The notes beneath the pieces were generated by a model. It made no database searches. It saw only the letters and a list, made by a program, of their open reading frames with translations, and was not told the origin of the DNA. This document shows, one piece after another, positions 1 through 8,902 of a DNA stretch of 64,000 bases; the stretch's first letter is position 1; each line of letters starts with the position of its first letter. A program made the translations under genes and the position numbers. This DNA is from Candidatus Babeliales bacterium. GTDB lineage: Bacteria; Babelota; Babeliae; Babelales; JANWKD01. Where the stretch lies: positions 384,001 to 448,000 of the forward strand of contig CAVRJO010000001.1 of the NCBI GenBank assembly GCA_963722255.1, in the 5' to 3' direction.

Positions 1-219
1 CAATAGCTTCGAGCAAAAAACATAATAAAAAAGAAAATAATGGATAGAAAAGCAAACTGGGATGTTGCAGAAAAATCTTACTGCCAAGCTTACAAATTTT
101 CATCGTTTGATTAAACATCGTAACTAAACGCATTACTCATCTCTCCTTCTTTTATTTTTTAAAAGCTTTGCGCGATAACCGAACAAAGCATCATGTGTAT
201 CGTGAGCAATGCACCAGTC

Positions 220-858
220 TTACTGTTCTTTTTTAGTGAGTAAAAACTCGTACACAATTTGGCTCCATGTTTCCATGGTATTAAAATAACTTTTACATTC
301 ATCTAAAGTCACTAATTGTCCATTTTTAAGTTCAGATTTTACAGAAATATGAGGAGTAGACCCCTCAATTAAAAAGACGAATCCTACATGCACTTGCCCA
401 ACAGGCGTTGCATCGTCATTTAAAATTCCCAGCGGTTTAATGGTAAACGAATCATTATAGGAAACCTCTTCATGAAATTCTCGTTCAGCCCATGAAAAAA
501 TCGAGTTGTTCGTTAAATCTTCTTCACGAATATGCCCGCCAATACCAAGAGAATATTTATTTTTTAATCTATTTTCTGTTGCATTATCACGCCGTTGCAT
601 TAAAAAATAGGAATCTTTATGCGAAAAAATCAGATAAGGAATAATTTGTTTATAGGAAGGATCAATTTCCATTGCTGAGCGAGGTAGAAACTCTTTTTTT
701 TGGTTAATAAGTTTCAAATAAGAATCAAAATCAACCTGCTTTAACCCAGCCCATGAAGCTTCGTGCTTAAAAAATTCAGCCCTTTTTACCACTAAAATCA
801 TCTCATCTTGTTTGCTAACAACCGGTTGTCCTGTTTTTTGAATTTGTAATGATGCCAT
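220..858 (-). CDS. NUDIX/MutT-like predicted phosphoesterase (COG4112-type)
   Basis: Motifs YKQIIPY, RLxxKYSLGIGGHI, AEREFHEEV (Nudix-box-like), VGQVHVG. Confidence 0.8.
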   Translation of the reverse strand: MASLQIQKTGQPVVSKQDEMILVVKRAEFFKHEASWAGLKQVDFDSYLKLINQKKEFLPRSAMEIDPSYKQIIPYLIFSHKDSYFLMQRRDNATENRLKNKYSLGIGGHIREEDLTNNSIFSWAEREFHEEVSYNDSFTIKPLGILNDDATPVGQVHVGFVFLIEGSTPHISVKSELKNGQLVTLDECKSYFNTMETWSQIVYEFLLTKKEQ

Positions 859-991
859 ACTTTTCTCTTATAGTATAATTAAAGAAAACTTTTACACTCG
901 ATACTTTTTATTCTGCTTTTTTTATCAATAAAGTGCAAATAAAATATGGAAGGGTATACAATACTCCTTTTGGCATCACTCATTCAAAATA

Positions 992-1372
992 CTAGAGAAG
1001 ATTCGCTTTCTCCATCATTTCCTTTAATTCTTCAGCCGTAATCGTTTTTATGCCACGTTCATGCCATGTTTCTTGACGATTCAAATACTCTTCTTGGCAT
1101 GCACCGGCACACGGCAAACCCTTTTGATTCCATTCAGCAAGCCCACCCTCATATGCCCAAACCGATTCAAAGCCTAAGGCATCAAAAATACGCCATGCTT
1201 TTTCACTAATGGGACAATTATACGATCCACAATAGACAACAATGGGTGTCTTTTTATCAAGTGTCCGTGCATAACTTTCAATTTTATCTAAAGGTACGCT
1301 CATTGATCCAATTATATGACAATCATCATAATATTTTTTAGCCAATGCATTAATCACAATCAACTTTGCCAT
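992..1372 (-). CDS. Rhodanese-like domain protein
   Basis: HIIGSMSVP, IVVYC active-site loop, YEGGLAEW; GGAG SD upstream. Confidence 0.85.
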   Translation of the reverse strand: MAKLIVINALAKKYYDDCHIIGSMSVPLDKIESYARTLDKKTPIVVYCGSYNCPISEKAWRIFDALGFESVWAYEGGLAEWNQKGLPCAGACQEEYLNRQETWHERGIKTITAEELKEMMEKANLL

Positions 1373-1538
1373 CTATTCTCCTTTACGTAGTAACGTTACT
1401 TCTTATGCCCAGTAATATCATGATGGTTGAAAAAAAGTATAGAGTTATGGTATAGGAAACATCACAAATATTTTTGTAGATCTTTTTACCAATTTTTTAC
1501 TATGCTTTACACAAAAAAAGTTAAAAGGAGGAACCTGC

Positions 1539-1637
1539 ATGACCACTATCATTAAATATATGCGTAATAAGATCTATATTTATTGGCTTAAATCAAAAAT
1601 GACCTACTATTTTTTTCGACATATAAGAAAATTGTAA
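1539..1637 (+). CDS. Small basic/aromatic 32-aa protein (below ORF-track cutoff)
   Basis: AAGGAGGA SD just upstream of ATG; MTTIIKYMRNKIYIYWLKSKMTYYFFRHIRKL. Confidence 0.45.
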   Translation: MTTIIKYMRNKIYIYWLKSKMTYYFFRHIRKL

Positions 1638-1763
1638 TCATGGAATTCCTGATTTAATAGGCCAACTCTAGATTTTTATGTAATATATTTCATCAAATAA
1701 AAAAATATCGTATCCTTTACAAAGGAATTTCTCCTAAGAACATTACCATTTTAGTAGGAGCAT

Positions 1764-2411
1764 ATGGAAAAAAGGTTGCTAGTATTTAGTATACTTTTAT
1801 TACTCTATGCCCAAGCTATGGAAAAAGAAGAAACCGATATTAAAGAATGTTTAGATCGATATTTTCATGAAAATTCCGAACCCTATATAGTAAGCCAGCT
1901 TTCTTTGTATACGATTTTACAACCAGATCCTGATGCTCATCCTTATCAAGTGCAACAACTCCTTTTTACACAAGAGTATTATTTAAATGATTCTGAACTA
2001 AGCTTACTTTGCACAACACATGATAAAGAACCCACTCAAAGCTATCCACTAAAACGCATCCTGCAACATAAGAAACTGCAGAAAAAGCTTATTAAAGATC
2101 TTATAAAAGCCAAAGCTGATTGGTATACAATAAACAGTGCTTTGTTAGTATTTTATGCTTATTGCGATAATCTCTTTAGGCTCTTAACCGATAGCTTTAG
2201 TATAAAGCATGAACTAAAACGAGTAACAGCCCGCTTGACCTATCATGTTGCTTACTCTTACTATAACAGAAACTCCCCGGAAATGGCGCAAAGAATTTTA
2301 AATGCGTACATGAAAGAAAGAATATTGATGATAGAGTGCCACGATATTTATCAAGATATAAACAAGCTTTTAGAAAAATGCGAATATGTAATTAATCAAC
2401 AAAAAAGCTAA
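1764..2411 (+). CDS. Hypothetical secreted protein (signal peptide then ME)
   Basis: AGGAG SD; hydrophobic N-terminus ending AQA|MEKEE. Confidence 0.75.
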   Translation: MEKRLLVFSILLLLYAQAMEKEETDIKECLDRYFHENSEPYIVSQLSLYTILQPDPDAHPYQVQQLLFTQEYYLNDSELSLLCTTHDKEPTQSYPLKRILQHKKLQKKLIKDLIKAKADWYTINSALLVFYAYCDNLFRLLTDSFSIKHELKRVTARLTYHVAYSYYNRNSPEMAQRILNAYMKERILMIECHDIYQDINKLLEKCEYVINQQKS

Positions 2412-2443
2412 AGCCTTTCAGTTTTATAAACTGAAAGGCTTTA
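2409..2443. terminator. Bidirectional intrinsic terminator
   Basis: Stem taaagcctttcagttt/aaactgaaaggcttta between convergent genes. Confidence 0.8.
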
Positions 2444-2472
2444 TTGTAATCTATAGTATTAATAGTGATTTA

Positions 2473-3477
2473 TTAATCTTTCTCTTTTTCTTTTTCATAG
2501 GGAAATAGCTCTTCTCCCTCCTCTCCCGATTCTTCACCAGTTTCAACGCTCTCTTCTATTGCTTTTCCGGTTTTAAGGCTTTCTATTTTGCGATAAAGAT
2601 TATCCAAAAAGGCCATATCTTGGGAAATATTTCTCGGATCGTAATATTTCTGAAGTCCCGTTATGGAAATAATATCAAAATTATTTCGCACATCTTGGAG
2701 ATTTTTTTTCAATTTTTTAATTTGTGTCAAATCTGTGTCATACATTAATATGCTTTCTTTATTAATATCTAATTTTTTAAAAAAATCCAAATCATTCTTA
2801 ACATTTAATAGCACTCTTTTCAATTCTTTGATTTGCTTCTCTTGGGCAATTCTCTTCTGATTTTCTTGATATTCACGATCTTGTCTTTCAACCGTTTTAA
2901 TAACGTCCTCAATTATATTTTCATATTTTTTTCCCAAAATCTTTTGCTGCTTTTCTACACTTTGCTGAGCGCCTTCTAATTCATTGATATCTTTTACAAA
3001 ATCAGATTCAATTCTTTTTAATTCTTCATTCAGTTTTTTTTGTTCTTCTGTTTTTCTAGTTTTAGAATTGAACTGGTATTCCAATGCATTCCTAAAACTA
3101 TATAAAGGATTAAGATCATCAAGATATGAAGAGAATTGCGAACTCTTAACTTTATTGCTATAAAGATCATCTAACATGTCATCATAAAGTCGATTTAAAT
3201 CATTATTTATCTTTTTTAAACGTTCTATTCTTTTTTGCATTTGTTCTGTAGAGGGCAATTCATTCTTTGTTTGAAGCTTAACTAACTTCTCCTTATATTG
3301 CTCTATTAATCCAGCTCTTCTTTCCTCTTTTTCATTCTTCCGAGTTATCAATTCTTCAGCACTTTTCCAAAGCCTATTTAAATAGCCACTTCCCCAACGA
3401 GTCAATCTTTCCATACCCTGTAATGACATCCCTGCAGAAAGCGCTAACAATACCGCACATAATACTCTCTTATACAT
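2473..3477 (-). CDS. Hypothetical secreted coiled-coil protein with acidic tail
   Basis: Start moved to MYKRV after AAGGAAGGG; signal ending LQG|MER; K/E/Q-rich heptads. Confidence 0.75.
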   Translation of the reverse strand: MYKRVLCAVLLALSAGMSLQGMERLTRWGSGYLNRLWKSAEELITRKNEKEERRAGLIEQYKEKLVKLQTKNELPSTEQMQKRIERLKKINNDLNRLYDDMLDDLYSNKVKSSQFSSYLDDLNPLYSFRNALEYQFNSKTRKTEEQKKLNEELKRIESDFVKDINELEGAQQSVEKQQKILGKKYENIIEDVIKTVERQDREYQENQKRIAQEKQIKELKRVLLNVKNDLDFFKKLDINKESILMYDTDLTQIKKLKKNLQDVRNNFDIISITGLQKYYDPRNISQDMAFLDNLYRKIESLKTGKAIEESVETGEESGEEGEELFPYEKEKEKD

Positions 3478-3707
3478 ACTAAACCCTTCCTTTTTTTGAA
3501 AATACCTATCCATTTAATAAAATTACTATTATAATTAATATATCAAAAAAGCATTATTTTATTCAATAATAAATATTTTTAACTATTTTTTTAATGAAAA
3601 TTAATATTTTTAACTATTCTGGTACCATCTATCACTTTTTTGGCGTATACTCTCTATAAAAAGGCATTAAAAAACAGTAAAAGACTCCCTATAAAATCAA
3701 GGAGCTC

Positions 3708-4103
3708 ATGAAACTACTAAAAAAACGACTTTTATACCCCATAATAACCTTATCTATTATTTCTTTTTTCATGTATGCGAATGCATACGGCTCTCTTATT
3801 GATTCTCTAGAAGAAGTTGAATATATGGTTGGACTCAATGCCCTTGATTGGATAAAAATGGCTATTGGCATCATTACTATAGTTGGTGGCGTAGGACTTT
3901 TTATAACAACAAGCGACAAACGTTCTCATTGGCCCGCATATCTACGCAGAACTTTCTTTGGCATTTTTATATTTTGCAATGTTTCTTTCCAAATGCTTTT
4001 TCATGTTATTAATGTTCCTAATCGGCGATCAGTTGTTTGCTTTTTAGGCTCATGCTTGAATAAACATTTAAAAACTCAGCTTCATACCCAAGGAGTCTTA
4101 TGA
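3708..4103 (+). CDS. Small membrane protein, HWP-motif paralog 1
   Basis: AAGGAG SD; hydrophobic segments; clear similarity to 5828..6208. Confidence 0.75.
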   Translation: MKLLKKRLLYPIITLSIISFFMYANAYGSLIDSLEEVEYMVGLNALDWIKMAIGIITIVGGVGLFITTSDKRSHWPAYLRRTFFGIFIFCNVSFQMLFHVINVPNRRSVVCFLGSCLNKHLKTQLHTQGVL

Positions 4104-4852
4104 AAACCATATTTATTGTATTCCTAGTTTTTAATAGTGCGCTTCCATTAAATCTTACAGCAATGCAAGAGCAAGAAATAAATCTTGAATCTGAAAAAAT
4201 ACCTAGCTTAAAAAACCTGCTGTGCACAAAAATTATTGATGATATTGCTCAAAACAGACTTTCATTGGATATTCTTGATACCATACCTTTTGAATTAGCT
4301 CAAGAACTAGTTAATACATCCTTTAAAGACAGAAAAGACACGCTTGCCCATTTTTATGCTCAAAAAGCCGTTAAAAATAAATCACAAACCATTGAATGGT
4401 TAGAAAAATTAAACTACGTACTCTCTAAAGGGTTTACTAATGTCAACTCTCATGATACCATTCCACTTACACACAGCTTAGTTACAAGCACAACAACAGA
4501 TCGTGCTTTAGATCTTTTATGGGTGCTTCTTAAAAGAGGTGCTTGCATAAATAAATTATATCTCCATCAAAATCTCTTAGAAGCAGCTATTTCACATCGC
4601 AACTTACCAGCGGTAAAAATTCTTACTGAAAATACCAATGCTACAGTAGATCTTACTATATCTGAATACCCACAACCATGTTTAATGCGACGAATTAATG
4701 AATTTTTCAAAACTGATCCTGTATATAGTTACGTACATGATCATGTAGATCTGTATAAATCACGCAGTAATAATCGTTATGTCCTTGCCCCCTGTTGTTC
4801 TGAAGGCGGCCATGAGCCTTATAGCTCAGACCAAAACAAATATTTCATGTAA
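4100..4852 (+). CDS. Secreted ankyrin-repeat protein with N-terminal BC-box/Cullin-box-like motif
   Basis: Signal LTA|MQE; IPSLKNLL...LDTIPFELAQEL; ankyrin-like LLKRGACIN and LLEAAISHRNLPAVKIL. Confidence 0.65.
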   Translation: MKTIFIVFLVFNSALPLNLTAMQEQEINLESEKIPSLKNLLCTKIIDDIAQNRLSLDILDTIPFELAQELVNTSFKDRKDTLAHFYAQKAVKNKSQTIEWLEKLNYVLSKGFTNVNSHDTIPLTHSLVTSTTTDRALDLLWVLLKRGACINKLYLHQNLLEAAISHRNLPAVKILTENTNATVDLTISEYPQPCLMRRINEFFKTDPVYSYVHDHVDLYKSRSNNRYVLAPCCSEGGHEPYSSDQNKYFM

Positions 4853-4982
4853 GGAATCTATTAAATTAATTTTGCAGTAAAACAACAGTTTTTTCACACA
4901 AACTGAAATATTTGTTGCAAATATATATTTTTCTGTTAGAATGGAAATAGTTGATTATTAATTTATTTTGTAGGAGTTACTC

Positions 4983-5150
4983 ATGTCATTTGATATGAAA
5001 ACTAATTATACACAAAACGTACAAAGGTCGTCTCAGACGTCTTTTTGTCATGCTTTTAATTCACTTTTCTTTTTCTTCTCAAAGATCAACAACGTCATCT
5101 TATTACCTGTCTTAGGTTTATCAATTATTATTGTGCGATTAGCACTGTAA
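4983..5150 (+). CDS. Small 55-aa protein with hydrophobic C-terminus (below ORF-track cutoff)
   Basis: AGGAG SD; MSFDMKTNY...VILLPVLGLSIIIVRLAL. Confidence 0.5.
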   Translation: MSFDMKTNYTQNVQRSSQTSFCHAFNSLFFFFSKINNVILLPVLGLSIIIVRLAL

Positions 5151-5386
5151 TATATTCTATTTTCCCTGAATTTTTTCTATTTTTTAAAAATTTTTCAGCT
5201 ACGTAAAAACTGAAAACGTTAAAGTTTTTACCAGCTTTGTTTTTCGATTAATCGAAATAACCTATTGGTTTAACACCATAGTGTATAAACGCGTTATACC
5301 TATGCTGTTAGCCCAGCGAATTTCCGGCCGGATTTTCGATTTATTGTATTTTTGTAATTTTAATATTGGTTTAAAGGAATTTTATT

Positions 5387-5761
5387 ATGAAAAAAATAAC
5401 TGTATTTTGCCTATTCACTGCGTTCTATGCATGCAATACCATAAAGGGCATGGAAATCAAAAACAGTAACTATGCCTATACTACGCAGGATGATTATATG
5501 ACCGGTAAAGCGGTAATCACCCATACAAAACAATGTGCGGCTATGGGTTCTGTAGCATCGGGATTTGCTTTTTTCACCGCAACAGCAGCACGTCATATGC
5601 ATTGGCCCTATTGGATAAAACGAGCACCGCTTTTTGGATTCATATCTTTCAATGCAATTGGTCAAATACCAACCATAACCGGCATGGATCAAGACCCTAA
5701 AAAAACAACTTTTGTTGGACAGATGTTTAATTATATGGTTAATGGAAAACGGAAAGCATAA
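5387..5761 (+). CDS. Small secreted/membrane protein, distant HWP-motif paralog
   Basis: AAAGGA SD; signal IKG|MEIK; HWPYWIKRAPLFGFISFN aligns with HWPAxxRRxFFGIFxFCN. Confidence 0.7.
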   Translation: MKKITVFCLFTAFYACNTIKGMEIKNSNYAYTTQDDYMTGKAVITHTKQCAAMGSVASGFAFFTATAARHMHWPYWIKRAPLFGFISFNAIGQIPTITGMDQDPKKTTFVGQMFNYMVNGKRKA

Positions 5762-5827
5762 GGTGAATGGGGTGTGATTTTTTATAAAAAATCACACCCC
5801 ATTCACAAACTTACGATAAGGAATTTT

Positions 5828-6208
5828 ATGAAAAATAAAACATTAAAAAAAATGAAACAAGCAATTTTCCAGACGTTGGCGCTATTAACGGGCACCTTAG
5901 CGACTTTTGCTCTTAAGGCAGAGGCTCTAAACGATACCCTTGAGCATTCTCATGGATTATATGCACTAGACATAATAAAAATGGTTCTTGGAATCATAAC
6001 AATCATCGGCGCCTTTGGTTTTTTTATCACAACAAGCCAAAAACGCGCTCATTGGCCAGCTCATTTTCGACGAATATTTTTTGGCATTTTCGTGTTTTGC
6101 AATATTATCAGTCAAGCTCTTTTTAATGTTGTTAATATCCCGGCTAACAAAAAAATAATCTGTACTCTTGGTAAATGCGTAAAAATGTTATCTAAAAAAT
6201 CTCTCTAA
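5828..6208 (+). CDS. Small membrane protein, HWP-motif paralog 2
   Basis: AAGGA SD before ATG 5828; shares LxALDxIKMxxGIITIxG...FITTSxKRxHWPA with 3708..4103. Confidence 0.75.
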   Translation: MKNKTLKKMKQAIFQTLALLTGTLATFALKAEALNDTLEHSHGLYALDIIKMVLGIITIIGAFGFFITTSQKRAHWPAHFRRIFFGIFVFCNIISQALFNVVNIPANKKIICTLGKCVKMLSKKSL

Positions 6209-6221
6209 TGAAAGGAAAATC

Positions 6222-7247
6222 GTGACAAAAACAATAACTAAAAAGCCATTTGGAACTGTATTCACTGATCATATGTTTGTCATGGAATGGACAAAAGAAA
6301 AAGGCTGGCATAATCAACGCATTCAAACATACCAGGATTTTACAATGGATCCGGCTTCATCAAATCTGCACTATGGACAAGAAATATTTGAAGGCATGAA
6401 AGCATTTTGCACTATTGATAACAAACCAGTTCTATTTCGACCCCGCAACAACCTAAACAGAATGAATAATTCTGCGCGCATAATGTGCATGCCAGAAATT
6501 AATATTGAAGAGGTTCTTCAATGGTTAAAAAAAGTTGTAGTACAAGATCGATCATGGATACCCAATGAAATGGGAACTGCTCTTTATATTCGCCCTACGA
6601 TGATTGCGTCTGAAAAAACTCTTAATGTGAATCCCGCATCACACTATCTTTTCTTCATTATTTTATCTCCTGTAGGAGCACTTTATGAACAAGGATTCAA
6701 TACGGTACCCATTCTAGTTTCTGAAAAATATACCCGAGCATCATCAGGTGGCGTTGGCCAAGCAAAAGCTGCAGGAAACTATGGTGCCAGCATGCGTGCA
6801 GTGCAGGAGGCCAAATCTGTTGGCTGTGCTCAAGTTTTATGGCTCGATCCTATTCAACGTACGTATATTGAAGAAGTTGGCGCCATGAACATTTTTTTTG
6901 TAATCAACAATAGGTTAGTTACCCCATCTTTAACTGATTCAATTCTTGCAGGCATCACACGCCTTTCTCTTATTGAGCTCAGCAAACAGATGGATATGCC
7001 TGTAGAAGAACGTCGAATTTCTATCGATGAAATCGTTAATGGAATAGAAAATGGCACGGTCACAGAAATATTTGGCTCAGGAACTGCTGCAGTAATTTCA
7101 CCGGTTGGTAGCTTACGCTATAAAAATAAAGTTTATATCGTTAACAATAATCAAACGGGTCCAATCACGCAAAAATTGTTCACAATGCTTACTAATATTC
7201 AATATGGCATTAGCGAAGATAAAAATAAATGGATAGAATTAGTATAA
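6222..7247 (+). CDS. ilvE: Branched-chain amino acid aminotransferase
   Basis: FTDHMF, LHYGQEIFEGMKA, LYIRP, AKAAGNY (PLP Lys), EEVGAMNIF, ILAGITR, GSGTAAVISPVG. Confidence 0.95.
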   Translation: MTKTITKKPFGTVFTDHMFVMEWTKEKGWHNQRIQTYQDFTMDPASSNLHYGQEIFEGMKAFCTIDNKPVLFRPRNNLNRMNNSARIMCMPEINIEEVLQWLKKVVVQDRSWIPNEMGTALYIRPTMIASEKTLNVNPASHYLFFIILSPVGALYEQGFNTVPILVSEKYTRASSGGVGQAKAAGNYGASMRAVQEAKSVGCAQVLWLDPIQRTYIEEVGAMNIFFVINNRLVTPSLTDSILAGITRLSLIELSKQMDMPVEERRISIDEIVNGIENGTVTEIFGSGTAAVISPVGSLRYKNKVYIVNNNQTGPITQKLFTMLTNIQYGISEDKNKWIELV

Positions 7248-7315
7248 TGAATCTATACATATGACCACCACTTATTTAATAGTCATTAAAAATAGACTTT
7301 ACATGGATAAAAAAT

Positions 7316-8871
7316 ATGAAGTTACTTCCAACTGATATTAGTTCTCTTGATACTATGCTAAAAAAAACTATCTGTATATAGATAAAACACACTATATCTA
7401 TAACCTCTTAAAAAGTGGCAGCAGATTTTATTTCCTTTCGCGTCCTCGTCGTTTTGGTAAATCCTTACTGATTTCAACTCTACAAGAAATTTTTTCGGGC
7501 AATAAACAATTATTCAAAGATCTTTGGTTAGGATCAAGTGATTATTCTTGGCAAGAATATCCTATTATTAAACTTGATTTTTCAAGAATCGATCACTCAA
7601 CTGATGAAGAATTAAAAATTAATCTTATCTGGAAATTAAAAACAATTGCGCAAGAATATAGTATAAACATTGAACAAGCGCCTAGCGCAGGTTCAATGTT
7701 AGAAACGCTCGTAATTGAACTTTCCAAAAAAAATCCCGTTGTTATCCTTATCGATGAATATGATAAACCAATTCTTGATCACCTACGAGATCCTGAACAA
7801 GCACACAAGCAACAAGCAATTTTAAGCAGCTTCTATACCACTATAAAAAGCCTCGAACAGCACTTGCATTTTGTTTTTTTAACCGGTGTTAGTAGGTTTG
7901 CAAAAACGTCACTTTTTTCCGGAATTAATAATCTCAATGATATTTCACTCAAACCAGAGGCGGCCACGCTCTTAGGCTATACACAAGAAGAGATTCTGCA
8001 GAATTTTCAACCGTATCTTGAAACAGTCGCGCAAAAGCATAACACCTCAATAGAGGTTGCAATTCAAGAATTACAACGATGGTATAACGGCTATAGGTTT
8101 TCTAAATCGCCACAAAAAGTATATAATCCTTTTTCCGTGCTTTACTGCTTAAAAGATCAAGAATTTTATAACTACTGGTTTGAATCGGGAACGCCAACCT
8201 TTCTAGTTCATCTGATTAAAAAACAGTATGATTCACTTGAGGCAATAGACACTATTCAGATCGATCGTGACAGCTTGGGCAATTTTGAGATTGAGGATAT
8301 TCCGCTTATCCCACTCTTATTTCAAACAGGCTACTTAACTATTTCTGACTATAATGAAAAAACAGATCTTGTTACCTTACATTTTCCAAACCAAGAAGTG
8401 ACTGAATCATTTACCAAATTTCTTGTTTCAATTCTTGCTGAAACAACAACCTCAACGGTAAAAAAATTAAGCATTCAACTTGTTGAAGCGCTTGAAGAAA
8501 CAGATCTGGATAGATTCTGCACACTCTTGCAAGCTTTTTTTGCCCATATTCCCTGTTACTTGCATACAAAAAAAGAAAGTTTCTATCATGCTTTGCTACA
8601 AGCACTTTTTACTCTACTGTCTCTTGAAGCCCAATCGGAAATTTTAACTGATAAAGGGCGTATAGACATGATACTAAATTTTAAAAATACTATTTTTTTG
8701 TTTGAATTTAAATTCAATGCCTCTCCTAAAACTGCTTTAAAGCAAATCAAAGAAAAACGATATTATGAACGATACATACACTTAAACAAACAGATCATTT
8801 TAGTTGGACTAGCATTCAACCAATCCGATAAAATTTTACAGCTAAAACATGTCGAAGAAGTTTTACTTTAA
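7316..8871 (+). CDS. AAA-ATPase-like + PD-(D/E)XK nuclease protein, copy 1 (one frameshift in A-run at 7360-7367)
   Basis: ATG 7316 MKLLPTDIS; adding one A gives NYLYIDKT...FLSRPRRFGKSLL in frame with 7696..8871 (LIDEYDKP, YNGY, NYWFESGTP, GRID...FEFK, QIKEKRY). Confidence 0.85.
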
Positions 8872-8902
8872 AACTTAAAAAATTTTCATATAAGGATTTT
8901 CG

